The position numbers were made by a program, and so were the translations under genes. Below are positions 46,165 through 56,574 of a DNA stretch of 64,000 nt, one piece after another; the stretch's first letter is position 1, and each line of letters starts with the position of its first letter. The notes under the pieces are model-generated. The model did not search any database. It had not been told where the DNA came from and saw only the letters and a list, made by a program, of their open reading frames with translations. The stretch comes from Minisyncoccota bacterium. Lineage in GTDB: Bacteria; Patescibacteriota; Minisyncoccia; Phycocordibacterales; UBA9973. The stretch covers positions 9,772 to 73,771 of the forward strand of contig JBAZSZ010000003.1 in the NCBI GenBank assembly GCA_041662205.1. Direction: 5' to 3'.

Positions 46165-46574
46165 AAAGAATAATGGTATTTGGAACTTTTGACGATTTGC
46201 ATCTCGGTCATTTTAATTTTTTTAAACAGGCAAAAAACATCGCGAAGAATTCATATTTAATTGTTTCAATAGGGAGAGATAAGAATGTTAAAAAAATAAA
46301 AGGGGAATATCCTTTAAAAAACGAAAGGGAAAGAATGATTTTAGTAAAAAAAAGCAAGCTCGCAGACAAGGTGGTTTTAGCTGGGAAAGAGAAATATTTA
46401 CCACATATCTTAAAAGAAAAAATAGATATGATTGCCCTTGGTTATGATCAAAAAGCATATGTACAAGAGCTAAAAAAAGACTTAAAAAATAAAGGTCTCT
46501 CTATAAAAATCGTACGCTTAAAACCTTATAAAGAAAAAATTTATAAAAATCACTTGATAAAAATGAAAAGATAA
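46165..46574 (+). CDS. Cytidylyltransferase-like nucleotidyltransferase (HxGH; FAD synthase RibL / GCT-like)
   Basis: MVFGTFDDLHLGH motif (GxFDxxHxGH). The ORF-track start at 46095 adds a basic 23-aa leader of uncertain reality. Confidence 0.6.
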
Positions 46575-47735
46575 TTAAATATCACTCCTATTTATTGTGG
46601 ATGATAGATAAATTCCGTATAGCATTATTGCTCCTAAAATTAGAAAAATATAATTAAAAGAAGGGGTAAATAGAAAAATAATAAACGCAATAAGTGGAGC
46701 TATGATATAAGCTATAGATCTAGAGTTACGATAGATGCTAATAAATTCATCATTTTCCATATTTATATGCTTGAAAAAATATACATCACTCATTACCTCT
46801 GTGATTGCCGCACCGATTCTGGTACTAAAAAGGACGGTTGCCCAAATCCAAATTTCGTGTTTTTGAATAAGAAAAAGTGATAAAGTGGAAATGGACATTA
46901 TTAAAAATCCCAGCATCATCATTTTTCTCTCCCCGATTTTATCTGAATATTCGCCTAATGGGAATTGAATTAATACGAACGGCAAAAGCATAACAGTGAA
47001 TATCATGGCTGTTTCTTTTAAGCTGAAACCTAAATGTGCGTATAAATATATCGGTGTGTAGATAATCATCCAAACATAAAAAAATTGCAAAAGAAAATTT
47101 ATTTTATAAGCGCGAGCCAGATTCTTATTTATAAAGAAATTTTTGAATGATTGCCAGACAAAAACTTTATCATATTTTGGATCGTTTAAATTCTTTAGGT
47201 TCCAAAAAGTAGCGACAAAAAAGATAGCCATTATTATAAAAGCGATAAAATAAAGGGCTGAAAAGGAAAATTTTGATAATATTTCTATAGACAGAGCCTG
47301 AGAAATTACCCAAGCCAAACCAACGATAGAGAGATACAACCCCCGCATTTTCCCCATCAAAGAATTTTTGGAAAATATTTGTAACAATTCGTCTAAGGCA
47401 AAAACAATTAAATGGTTTAGGGTGAAATAAAAAATAAAAATTGAAATTACAATAACAGGACTTTTCAAACTAGCTAATAAGAGAAGAGAGAGAGCATTTA
47501 GGCCCGATAAATAAAGTAAGAATTTATATCCTCCTATTTTTCGGAATATTCCAGGTATAAAAAAAAATACAAATAGAGAAATCAAAGAACCTAAGGCATA
47601 TATTAGGCCGACATTTTTTTCTCCTGAAAATAAAGAAAGAAAACTTGAATTAATAAAAGAAGTGAAAGCTAGCTGTAAAGATGCTAAAAAACCCAGAACG
47701 AAAATGCTTTTTAATTTTGAATTTTTTGTAAACAT
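46575..47735 (-). CDS. MFS transporter
   Basis: 12 predicted TM segments. MFS motif-A-like GIFRKIGG. Confidence 0.7.
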   Translation of the reverse strand: MFTKNSKLKSIFVLGFLASLQLAFTSFINSSFLSLFSGEKNVGLIYALGSLISLFVFFFIPGIFRKIGGYKFLLYLSGLNALSLLLLASLKSPVIVISIFIFYFTLNHLIVFALDELLQIFSKNSLMGKMRGLYLSIVGLAWVISQALSIEILSKFSFSALYFIAFIIMAIFFVATFWNLKNLNDPKYDKVFVWQSFKNFFINKNLARAYKINFLLQFFYVWMIIYTPIYLYAHLGFSLKETAMIFTVMLLPFVLIQFPLGEYSDKIGERKMMMLGFLIMSISTLSLFLIQKHEIWIWATVLFSTRIGAAITEVMSDVYFFKHINMENDEFISIYRNSRSIAYIIAPLIAFIIFLFTPSFNYIFLILGAIMLYGIYLSSTINRSDI

Positions 47736-47745
47736 TTTTAAATTT

Positions 47746-49710
47746 TTATACGCTCAGTATTACAGGTATAACCAATGGCCTTTTGGCTGTTTTTTGATAC
47801 AAGAATTTTGAGATGTTTTCCCCCAAATTTGCTTTGATTATATCAAAATTCACCATGTTTCCATTTTGAGCAGAGGTTGCAGGCATTTTTGTTGTTATAT
47901 TTTCTATGCCATTTTTAATAATTATTCTTACTTGGCGCAAAAGATCTTGATTTTCTTTTAAATAGACAAATCCACGAGAGATCAAGTCTGGGGATTTTTT
48001 TAATTTTCCAGTTTTTTGGTCAATGAGCGCGATAATGACAAACATTCCATCTTGGGCGAGCATCACTCTGTCGCGGATCACTATGTCTTGAGTGTCGCTG
48101 ATAGAAGCTCCGTCCACAAGCATTGCGCCACTTGGAGCGCGTTCTTTTCGTGTTGTGATCTTTTGTCCGTTAGCAGATATTTCAATTACTGAACCATTGT
48201 CAGGGACAATAATATTTTCTTCTGGCATACCTAAGTCCATAGCTAGTTCTTTATGAAGCACTAAGCGATAATGGTTGCCATGAATTGGTATAAAGAATTT
48301 TGGATGAGTTTTTCTATGGAGCCATTTTACATCTTCTTGGTTGCCGTGTCCTGTGGCATGTACGAAATCTTCACCAGCCGTTCGGTAACTGATAACTTTT
48401 ACACCTTGGCGAGATAAAGCATCTCTCATTTTTACTACGGCCAGTTCATTGCCAGGCACAATAGAAGCAGAGAGTATGATCGTGTCTCCTTTGTGTAAGG
48501 AAAATTTTGTATTTGATTTGTTGGCCGCACGATTGAGTGCCGCAAATTCTTCTCCTTGAGCGCCTGTCATTAAGACGACAATTTTATTTGGGGGATAGTT
48601 GTTTGCTTCTTCTAATGGAATAATAGTATCTTTTTTTGGTGCAAAAAAACCTGCCTCTATGGCTACATCGATGTTTGTTTTCATCGAACGCCCATCAATC
48701 GCTATTTTTTTGCCCAACGATTCAGCTACTTTGACGATATGCGCCAAGCGAGTAATGTGTGAAGAAAAAGCTGCGATGATTATTCGTCCTTGGATTTTTT
48801 TAATTAAATTTTCCAAACCTTGATGCACTTTTATTTCTGGTAAGGAAAAACCCTCATTTTCAATATTGGTTGAATCAGTCATTAATAAGAGAACCTTAGC
48901 TTTATCAAAGATTGAATACTCTTTTTCTTCTTCTTTGGCAACAATTCCATCTATTTGATCAAGTTTGTAATCTCCTGGATTTACTATCCAGCCATGTTCA
49001 GTTTCTATAATTATTCCCATAGAATCTGGGATAGTGTGTGTAACACCAAAGAATCTAATTTTTATTTTTCCGCAGGTTATAACAGAATCTTTTTCAACAA
49101 TATTTTCTTTTATTGGAGGTAAGTGAGGAAATTCTGCCTGCCTTTTTTTCATCATTAACATAGAAAGTTTTCTAGAATACACGGTAGGATTTCCAATACG
49201 CGAGAGCACGAGTGGCACTCCACCGATATGATCCAAGTGCCCATGAGTAATTATCAATGCTCGTATTTTTTCTTTGCGTTCTTCTAGATATGTAGTATTT
49301 GGAATAACATAATCAACCCCTGGGGTTAATTCATTTGAAAAATGCATGCCGGCATCTATCACAATAATATCATCGCCGATTTCTATGGCTGTCATATTTT
49401 TGCCGATTTCTTCCACTCCTCCAAGTGGAATAATGCGAATTACATTTTTTTCTACTGGTGGGATTTTTTCATTTGCATTCTTATTTTGGTTTTTTGTTCC
49501 GAATTGGGAAGGTCGAGGACTTTTACCAAATTTTTTTTGGGTGTATTGATAAGTGGAACTTTTTGTTATTTTTTTTCTTTGTTCCCCTCCAGCCATTGGG
49601 CGGATAGGTCCATTTGCATAATTTTGTGCGACATTATGAGTAGGTATTTTGTTTTCTTTCTTGTCCTCTATCTTAAGTGAAGAAAAAGAAAGTCTTGTTT
49701 TTTTTATCAT
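47746..49710 (-). CDS. rnj: Ribonuclease J (metallo-beta-lactamase / beta-CASP) with a basic N-terminal extension of about 90 aa
   Basis: IIPLGGVEEIGKNM, HxHxDH motif (ITHGHLDHIGG), then beta-CASP and C-terminal domains. Confidence 0.85.
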   Translation of the reverse strand: MIKKTRLSFSSLKIEDKKENKIPTHNVAQNYANGPIRPMAGGEQRKKITKSSTYQYTQKKFGKSPRPSQFGTKNQNKNANEKIPPVEKNVIRIIPLGGVEEIGKNMTAIEIGDDIIVIDAGMHFSNELTPGVDYVIPNTTYLEERKEKIRALIITHGHLDHIGGVPLVLSRIGNPTVYSRKLSMLMMKKRQAEFPHLPPIKENIVEKDSVITCGKIKIRFFGVTHTIPDSMGIIIETEHGWIVNPGDYKLDQIDGIVAKEEEKEYSIFDKAKVLLLMTDSTNIENEGFSLPEIKVHQGLENLIKKIQGRIIIAAFSSHITRLAHIVKVAESLGKKIAIDGRSMKTNIDVAIEAGFFAPKKDTIIPLEEANNYPPNKIVVLMTGAQGEEFAALNRAANKSNTKFSLHKGDTIILSASIVPGNELAVVKMRDALSRQGVKVISYRTAGEDFVHATGHGNQEDVKWLHRKTHPKFFIPIHGNHYRLVLHKELAMDLGMPEENIIVPDNGSVIEISANGQKITTRKERAPSGAMLVDGASISDTQDIVIRDRVMLAQDGMFVIIALIDQKTGKLKKSPDLISRGFVYLKENQDLLRQVRIIIKNGIENITTKMPATSAQNGNMVNFDIIKANLGENISKFLYQKTAKRPLVIPVILSV

Positions 49711-49711
49711 T

Positions 49712-51493
49712 TTATTTATTGAATATCCTCCAAACGTTTTCCGTTTCAGTGTACCATGAATATACGCTTGAAAAACGATCAGCGGGAGAGGTAATGTGAT
49801 TAATAGAAAGACCTTTTAAATTTTTTGATATTACATAAATAAAATTAGGACTGTATAAGAAAACTGCTGGCATGTCTTTTTTCATTTCATCTTCAAATTG
49901 GGCATATTTTTTAATTCTTGCCTGTTCATTGATAGTAATAGAAGCATCTTCTAAAATTTTATCTACTTTTGCATTAGCATACACGGCGACATTGAGGCCA
50001 GGATCTTTTCGTTGTGATGAATGCCAAAAAGCAAACAAATCTGATTCATTGTTTATTATTTGTCCAAACAATAGTGCATCATAGTCGCGCGGACGAATTA
50101 CATTTTGATTTAAATTGCCTATTTCAAAAGTTTTTATATTAACCTTCATTCCGATTTTTTCTAAATCCTGCTTAATTATTTCGGCAGTTTTTGTGAGCTC
50201 TTCTGCATTACCCGTAGAGATGGAAAATTCTAAAGTAGTAGTAGTTTTCTTTTTATTTTTATCAGTTATTGTTTTTTGCAAAAATCCATCTGTACCTTTT
50301 GACCAGCCATTTTTCGCTAAACTATTTTGTATATTTTGTAATATAAGTTCACGAGAAGAATTATTGTCTGCAGATAGTTTTTGGTATGCAATCATATTCG
50401 GTGGGATAGGATCATCTATTGCGACTCCATAGTTAAAAAGAACTTCTCGAACTACTTTGTCCTTATCTATAGCTTGGTCGATTGCTTTTGTAATGACTTT
50501 ATCAGTAAAAAGAATATTTTTATTTTGATTAAAGAAAAGCCCGAATATTCTTGGGAGTACTGAGGCGTCTATCTGATAATTTCTTTCTTTTAAAATATCC
50601 GCATTTAAAGGAGTGATAGAGCTTATTTGTTCTACTGTGCCATCTTCGAGTGCGCCAATAAGATCATTTTCATTTAAATAAAAATATAAGTTAATTTTTG
50701 CAATGTATGGCTCACCTAATATAAATTTATCGAATGATTCTAATTCGTAAGAATTAATGATTCCCGAGGATTCTTTGGTGACATTTTTTATAAGATAGGG
50801 TCCAGAACCGATAGGGGAAATATTGGCATCATTAAGTTCTATGGAAGAATTATTCCATAGATATCGGGGCATTATTCCAAGTGTTAAGCTTTCCAGAAAT
50901 GATGGATAAGGTTTTTTCAGAGAAAATTCTATAGTCTTGTCATCTATCTTTATTGCATTTACGCCATCAAAGTTTACTTTTCGTGGACTTTTTATGACCG
51001 GATCTTTTATTTCATTTATAGTAAATATAATATCGTCTACAGTAACAGGTTCCTCATCCTGAAAATATATTTTGTCTTTTAATGTAAATTTATAAATTAA
51101 GCCATCTTTAGACATTTCATATTTTTCCGCCAAGTCTGGAGATAGTGTGCCATCAGGATTTTTTCTCATTAAGCCAGAATAAATAAGTGATACGAGGTCT
51201 AGATCGACAGGAGAATTTGCTAACACTGGGTTTATAAAACGGGGAGTACCGATAATACCTTCAGAAATAGTGCCTCCATGGAGAGGTATCGTTACCATTA
51301 GAGATTTATTTATACTATTCAATATCAAAATGGTGCTTATTAAGAAAGTTAAAAATAAGATTATAAAAATAACCCGTTCTTTTTTTGAGAAAGTGTTGAA
51401 AATCAAATTAATTTCGTCTTTTTTAGGTAATTTAAAATTACGAATGCGACTATATAAATTTTGCATATAAGATATAAAACGAAGAAGACACAA
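49712..51493 (-). CDS. ABC-type substrate-binding protein, family 5 (peptide/nickel), orphan
   Basis: N-terminal TM anchor and a large SBP_bac_5-like body. No permease or ATPase genes nearby. Confidence 0.7.
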   Translation of the reverse strand: MCLLRFISYMQNLYSRIRNFKLPKKDEINLIFNTFSKKERVIFIILFLTFLISTILILNSINKSLMVTIPLHGGTISEGIIGTPRFINPVLANSPVDLDLVSLIYSGLMRKNPDGTLSPDLAEKYEMSKDGLIYKFTLKDKIYFQDEEPVTVDDIIFTINEIKDPVIKSPRKVNFDGVNAIKIDDKTIEFSLKKPYPSFLESLTLGIMPRYLWNNSSIELNDANISPIGSGPYLIKNVTKESSGIINSYELESFDKFILGEPYIAKINLYFYLNENDLIGALEDGTVEQISSITPLNADILKERNYQIDASVLPRIFGLFFNQNKNILFTDKVITKAIDQAIDKDKVVREVLFNYGVAIDDPIPPNMIAYQKLSADNNSSRELILQNIQNSLAKNGWSKGTDGFLQKTITDKNKKKTTTTLEFSISTGNAEELTKTAEIIKQDLEKIGMKVNIKTFEIGNLNQNVIRPRDYDALLFGQIINNESDLFAFWHSSQRKDPGLNVAVYANAKVDKILEDASITINEQARIKKYAQFEDEMKKDMPAVFLYSPNFIYVISKNLKGLSINHITSPADRFSSVYSWYTETENVWRIFNK

Positions 51494-51534
51494 AGAATAA
51501 ACGAAAAGTAAATATTAACTCAAGTTAAATCAAA

Positions 51535-51777
51535 TTAACTATTAGCTTTTATTATTATACTGAGCAGGGCAAATAAAGCAAAAAGAATTCCACAAACAAG
51601 GGACAAGTAAAAAAGAAACTTTTCAAAGCCTCGACGGGTGTGATGAAAGGATTCTGTATCTCCTCCACCCAAAGCACCTCCTAAACCAGCAGCAGATTGC
51701 TGAAGCAAGATTGCGGTTACTAGTATTACTGAAAGAATGATCTGCGCATAAGGCAAAATCTTCGCTACTAAATTCAT
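51535..51777 (-). CDS. secG: Preprotein translocase subunit SecG
   Basis: 80 aa with two TM helices and a Gly-rich loop (AAGLGGALGGG). SecG-like N-terminus. Confidence 0.6.
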   Translation of the reverse strand: MNLVAKILPYAQIILSVILVTAILLQQSAAGLGGALGGGDTESFHHTRRGFEKFLFYLSLVCGILFALFALLSIIIKANS

Positions 51778-51869
51778 AAGGCAATTATTGCATATTGGGG
51801 ATTAAAAGGCAAATACATTTTATAATTTTAAATAACTGCAAGGTTTTGCCTTGCAGTTATTTAAAAGAC

Positions 51870-51898
51870 TTGACAAATACCCTACAGGGGTATATACT
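51870..51898 (+). promoter_or_regulatory. csoR-copA promoter: TTGACA, then ATACCCtacagGGGTAT palindrome, then -10
   Basis: acttgacaaataccctacaggggtatatact. Same ATACCC-N5-GGGTAT inverted repeat as at 13721..13737. Confidence 0.6.
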
Positions 51899-51904
51899 CT
51901 GGAG

Positions 51905-52168
51905 ATGCAAAAAAGTAAGCAAAAATTAATTAATCGACTTAAGATAATTGAAGGGCAGATACGTGGATTGCAAAATATGATTGAAAAAGATATTTATTGT
52001 ATTGATGTTATTACTCAAACTTCGGCTGTAAAACAAGCCTTGTCTTCTATTGAAGATGTTTTAATGGAAAACCATTTAGGTTCTTGCTTAGTTCATCAAA
52101 TAAAAAAAGGGGAAACAGCCAAAGCAGCGAAAGAAATGTTGAAAGTTTATCAGCTTAAAAGAAAATAA
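51905..52168 (+). CDS. csoR: CsoR/RcnR-family metal-sensing transcriptional repressor
   Basis: 87 aa. NRLKIIEGQIRGLQNMIE...C..DVITQ...H..C motif set. Start taken at the ATG downstream of the promoter; the ORF-track start at 51851 would contain the promoter. Confidence 0.75.
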   Translation: MQKSKQKLINRLKIIEGQIRGLQNMIEKDIYCIDVITQTSAVKQALSSIEDVLMENHLGSCLVHQIKKGETAKAAKEMLKVYQLKRK

Positions 52169-52171
52169 AAA

Positions 52172-54478
52172 ATGCAAAAAGAAACATATCAAATAAAAGG
52201 AATGCATTGTGCTTCATGTGCCAGTATTATAGAAAAAACTGTTAAAAAAATTGATGGCGTGGAAGATATTTCAGTTTCTGCTGGGATGGAAAATGCTAAG
52301 GTGTCTTTCGATACTACGAAGACAAATCCGGCATCTTTTAATGAAAAATTAAAACCATTAGGTTATTCTTTTGTCATTCAACAAACTGCAAGCGAGATGG
52401 GAATGAGCGAAAGTGAACACGCAGCACATCTAGGACTTAGTCAAACAAAAAAAGAAAAATTGGAAGAATTAAAGGACATGCGAAATAAACTTCTCTCTCT
52501 CATTCCTATTGTTATCATAAGCATCTTCGTTATGAGTTATGATATTTTTGCAGAATTGAATTGGATATCCCCCATGTCTCTTATTTGGAAAAAGTTTTTT
52601 CATAACTTACTTCCTATATTGGCTACTTATACTTTGTTTGTGGTAGGCAAGCCGTATTTGCTTGGTTTGTATCGTTTCTTGCGTTACGGAAAAGCTAATA
52701 TGGATACTTTGATTGGTCTCGGCACCTCGGTAGCTATATTTTATAGTTTTATTCTGAGTGCTTTTGAAACAAGCCTGAAACCTTTTTTAAATGTTGATCA
52801 AAGTTATTATGATGTAGCTATTGTGGTTATTGCTTTTATTACTTTCGGTAAATATCTCGAGATCCGTTCAAAATTGAAAACCGGAGATGCTATTGAAAAA
52901 CTTTTAAATTTACAAGCAAAGACCGCTCTCGTCGTGAGAAATGGTCAGGAGATTGAAATTCCTATCGAGCAAGTAATTCACGGAGATTTGATCGTAGTAA
53001 AACCCGCAGGTAAAATTCCGGTGGATGGAATTGTGGTGACAGGTTTTTCTTATGTAGATGAATCGATGGTCACAGGCGAACCGATGCCAGTAGAAAAAAA
53101 AGAAGGAGATAGTGTGGTGTCTGGGACGATAAATACCTCGGGGTCTTTCACGTTTAAGGCGACAAAAGTAGGTGGGGAGACGCTCTTGGCGCATATTGTA
53201 AAAATGGTGGAGGAAGCGCAGAGTAGCAAGGCGCCCATCCAAGCATTGGCGGACAAAATCTCAAGTGTTTTTGTTCCTGTTGTTTTAGGTATAGCAGTTG
53301 TTGCTTTATTTTTATGGCTTATCATCGGTACGCAATACTTAGGATTTTCTCAAGCTCTTTCTTTTGGTTTAGTTTCTTTTGTGAGCATACTTATTATTGC
53401 TTGTCCGTGCGCACTCGGACTAGCGACTCCTACGGCTATCATCGTGGGCGTAGGAAAAGGAGCAAAAGAGGGGATTCTCATTAAAGATGCAGCAACTCTT
53501 CAAAAACTCTATGAAGTAAATACTGTCGTTGTGGATAAAACTGGAACCTTAACTTTTGGAAAACCAGAACTTGTTTCTGTAAATAATCTTACAAATAAAT
53601 CCGCAAATAAGACTGATAGTGAGCTCGTGGCTATCCTAGCTACTTTGGAAAATAAATCAGAGCATCCTATCGCGCATGCCATTATCGAATATGCTAAACA
53701 AAAAGAAATACAATTTTTTGATGTGCAGGGATTTGAAATTATAAAAGGTAAAGGTTTAAAAGGAATAGTGAACGGAGTAGAATATTTTGCTGGAAATACA
53801 AAATTAATTAAAGATTTGAATTTAGAATTTGATATAGAAGTATTGGAAAAAGAAACTTCAGAAGGTAAAACGCCAATTATTCTTGCGGATAAAAATAATG
53901 TGCTTGGTGTTTTTATGATAGCTGATACGATAAAACCTGAAGCCATAGAAGCAGTGAAAAATTTACATAAACTCGGTATAAAGGTTGTAATGCTTTCGGG
54001 TGATAATAAAAATACAGCGGAATATATTTCCAAGCTTATAGGTATTGACGAAGTGGTGGCAGAGTCTATGCCCGAGGATAAATTAAATAAAATAAAAGAA
54101 CTTCAAGCGGAGGGCTACATCGTAGCAATGGCGGGAGACGGTGTGAATGATGCCCCTGCTTTGGCTCAAGCAGATGTAGGCATAGCTATGGCTACAGGTA
54201 CAGATGTAGCGATAGAAAGCGCTGGGATTACTCTGCTTGGCGGAGATATTTCAAAGCTTGTCAAAGCAATAAATCTTTCCAAGATAACCATGCGAGGGAT
54301 AAAACAGAATCTTTTTTGGGCTTTTGTGTATAATATAGTAGGTATTCCTTTAGCTGCTGGATTATTTTATCCATTATTTGGTTGGTTATTAAATCCAGTA
54401 TTTGCAGGGTTTGCGATGGCAATGTCGAGTGTGTCAGTAGTCGGGAATTCACTTCGTATTAAAAGTAAAAAAATATAA
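52172..54478 (+). CDS. copA: Copper-translocating P1B-type ATPase
   Basis: N-terminal HMA (GMHCASCAS), TM CPC motif, DKTGTLT phosphorylation site, [10 protein letters not shown] hinge. Confidence 0.9.
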   Translation: MQKETYQIKGMHCASCASIIEKTVKKIDGVEDISVSAGMENAKVSFDTTKTNPASFNEKLKPLGYSFVIQQTASEMGMSESEHAAHLGLSQTKKEKLEELKDMRNKLLSLIPIVIISIFVMSYDIFAELNWISPMSLIWKKFFHNLLPILATYTLFVVGKPYLLGLYRFLRYGKANMDTLIGLGTSVAIFYSFILSAFETSLKPFLNVDQSYYDVAIVVIAFITFGKYLEIRSKLKTGDAIEKLLNLQAKTALVVRNGQEIEIPIEQVIHGDLIVVKPAGKIPVDGIVVTGFSYVDESMVTGEPMPVEKKEGDSVVSGTINTSGSFTFKATKVGGETLLAHIVKMVEEAQSSKAPIQALADKISSVFVPVVLGIAVVALFLWLIIGTQYLGFSQALSFGLVSFVSILIIACPCALGLATPTAIIVGVGKGAKEGILIKDAATLQKLYEVNTVVVDKTGTLTFGKPELVSVNNLTNKSANKTDSELVAILATLENKSEHPIAHAIIEYAKQKEIQFFDVQGFEIIKGKGLKGIVNGVEYFAGNTKLIKDLNLEFDIEVLEKETSEGKTPIILADKNNVLGVFMIADTIKPEAIEAVKNLHKLGIKVVMLSGDNKNTAEYISKLIGIDEVVAESMPEDKLNKIKELQAEGYIVAMAGDGVNDAPALAQADVGIAMATGTDVAIESAGITLLGGDISKLVKAINLSKITMRGIKQNLFWAFVYNIVGIPLAAGLFYPLFGWLLNPVFAGFAMAMSSVSVVGNSLRIKSKKI

Positions 54479-54496
54479 TTTAATTAAATTAATTTT

Positions 54497-55513
54497 ATGA
54501 AAAAATATACATTTCATGTTTCAGGAACTCATTGTGCATCTTGTAAAATCTTGATAGAAGATATTTTAAAAGAGCAGGATTTTGTTAAAGACGTTCAGGT
54601 AAATTTAAAAAAAGAAATTGTTGAAATAGAAACTGATAGTGATCAGAACCCTGAAGATCTGGCGCAAATTCTCACAAGTAAAACAATAGCAAATGGTTAT
54701 GCGATTTCAGTAGATAAAAAAGACTTGCCCGCTGTGGTAGGTGATGATAATGTGTTTTGGAAAGCATTACCTCTCGGACTTGCTTTTGTAGTGTTGTTTT
54801 TCTTACTACAAAAATCTGGTATTCTTAATTTGAGTTTTGGTAGTAGCATTACACCGACGACTAGTTTTTTGATTGGAATCATCGCCTCATTTTCTTCATG
54901 TCTTGCAGTCGTAGGTGGTTTGATATTATCATTATCAGCAAAAATAGCGAAAGATGATGATGGTAAAAATAAAAAACCTTTAATATTGTTTCATATGGGA
55001 AGATTGGTGAGCTTTGCTGTGCTTGGTGGATTGCTCGGAATTCTTGGAAAAGAAATAGGCGTTAGTTTTATTTTTTCCACGATACTTGGGTTACTAGCTT
55101 CAGTGGTGATGCTTTTACTTGGTATCAATTTACTTGGTATCTTTAAGAAAAATATTTTTACTTTACCGAGTAATCTATTTTCTTTTTTTAGAAAAATAGA
55201 ACATGCCACTCTTGCTCCTATTGTAGTAGGCATAGGAACCTTTTTCTTGCCTTGCGGTTTTACGCAGGCGATGCAAATTACAGCGCTTTCCAGCGGATCA
55301 TTTATCTCAGGGATGTTTATTATGTTTTCATTTGCTCTTGGTACATTGCCAGTATTAGCATTGTTGTCGTTTAGTTCAGTATCATTCGCTCATTCTAAAT
55401 ATGCACCACTTTTCTTCAAATCAGCCGGAGTAGTAGTAATTGTTCTTGCTTTGTTCAATCTTATTAATAGCTTGGTGGTTCTTGGTCTTATTCCACCCAT
55501 ATTTAACTTCTAG
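54497..55513 (+). CDS. HMA-domain protein fused to a CcdA/DsbD-like (DsbD_2/TauE-type) polytopic membrane domain
   Basis: N-terminal GTHCASCKILIED metal-binding fold, then 6-8 TM helices with Cys pairs (FSSCLAV, LPCGF). Confidence 0.5.
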   Translation: MKKYTFHVSGTHCASCKILIEDILKEQDFVKDVQVNLKKEIVEIETDSDQNPEDLAQILTSKTIANGYAISVDKKDLPAVVGDDNVFWKALPLGLAFVVLFFLLQKSGILNLSFGSSITPTTSFLIGIIASFSSCLAVVGGLILSLSAKIAKDDDGKNKKPLILFHMGRLVSFAVLGGLLGILGKEIGVSFIFSTILGLLASVVMLLLGINLLGIFKKNIFTLPSNLFSFFRKIEHATLAPIVVGIGTFFLPCGFTQAMQITALSSGSFISGMFIMFSFALGTLPVLALLSFSSVSFAHSKYAPLFFKSAGVVVIVLALFNLINSLVVLGLIPPIFNF

Positions 55514-55550
55514 TTTAATTTCTAGATTAATTATTATTTTAAAATACATT

Positions 55551-55940
55551 ATGAAAAACATTTCAATTTCAATTTTAGTAGCCTTAGTACTTATAGCCGT
55601 TGCTTTTTTGATTGCGAAAGGAGGAGATAGAACTCCTTTACCCAATGGCGAAAACAATGTTTCTGTGGTTGAGGAGAGACAGATTATAGATCTTACTGCA
55701 GTGGGAGGTTATTCTCCGGAAAAAAGTATTGCTAAAGCTGGTATCCCCACTGTCTTACGATTTACCACAAATGGAACATTCGATTGTTCATCATCAGTGC
55801 GAATTCCGTCTATGAATGTGAGTAAAAATTTAGCACCTGCAGGAATTACTGAGATAGACTTAGGGATTCCGAAAGTTGGAATTTTACAAGGAAGTTGTGG
55901 TATGGGAATGTATCCATTCGAAATTGATTTTCAAAATTAA
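55551..55940 (+). CDS. Small exported cupredoxin-like protein (C...C..M: GSCGMGMYPFEI)
   Basis: TM/signal region, then a beta-rich domain with Cys/Met ligand candidates. Last gene of the cop operon. Start taken at MKNISIS. Confidence 0.4.
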   Translation: MKNISISILVALVLIAVAFLIAKGGDRTPLPNGENNVSVVEERQIIDLTAVGGYSPEKSIAKAGIPTVLRFTTNGTFDCSSSVRIPSMNVSKNLAPAGITEIDLGIPKVGILQGSCGMGMYPFEIDFQN

Positions 55941-56001
55941 TTTAAAGTTAAGAAAGAAAGCGCTATCCCCAAAGAGGTTAGCGCTTTTTAATTTGATTGC
56001 T

Positions 56002-56361
56002 TTATATTAAAAGCTTTGAAACGGTAGTGGTGAAATCTTTTACCCTGAAAGGTTTAATGATAAAATCATCAACCTTCAGGTCGGCTGGAAATTCATGCCC
56101 AAAAAATGACCCAGTTATCATAATGATCTTCGTTGCCTCTGATGTCTCGCGTATAAATTTCGCTAGTTTAAAACCATCAATTTTGGGCATCCGATAATCC
56201 AAGATCACTAAATCAAATTCCTTGGAGAATTTTTCCTTCGCCTCAAACCCATCTTCTGCTTCGACCACCACCAAATTTTCTTTTTTTAATATTGTCTTTA
56301 GTAAACCCACTATAAGTTTTCTGATGCTTTCATCGTCATCAGCCACTAATACTTTTTTCAT
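56002..56361 (-). CDS. Single-domain CheY-like response regulator (orphan)
   Basis: Phospho-acceptor region VLVADDD...LVILDYRMPKIDGF...IIMITG. No output domain and no kinase adjacent. Confidence 0.75.
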   Translation of the reverse strand: MKKVLVADDDESIRKLIVGLLKTILKKENLVVVEAEDGFEAKEKFSKEFDLVILDYRMPKIDGFKLAKFIRETSEATKIIMITGSFFGHEFPADLKVDDFIIKPFRVKDFTTTVSKLLI

Positions 56362-56574
56362 ATCATCCTCCCTTGGATTTATTATAAAAGTTTATTAAGA
56401 TTTAAAAAATCAAATAATTAGATAGTTAAAGTGTTAATGTCTCCGTTTTAAATTTTACGGGGAGATTATTAATAGAGCATTAAAAGTCAAAAGTAACGGA
56501 TGATATATAGTATTGAACGAAGGGTAGTCCTTATTGAGACTGACATTTTAGATTTTTTCTGCTATATTTTCTTT

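Noticed and set aside
51851-51904. ORF-track start of csoR at 51851
   Set aside because: The -35/operator/-10 promoter lies inside this extension. The ATG at 51905 with an adjacent GGAG gives a typical 87-aa CsoR.
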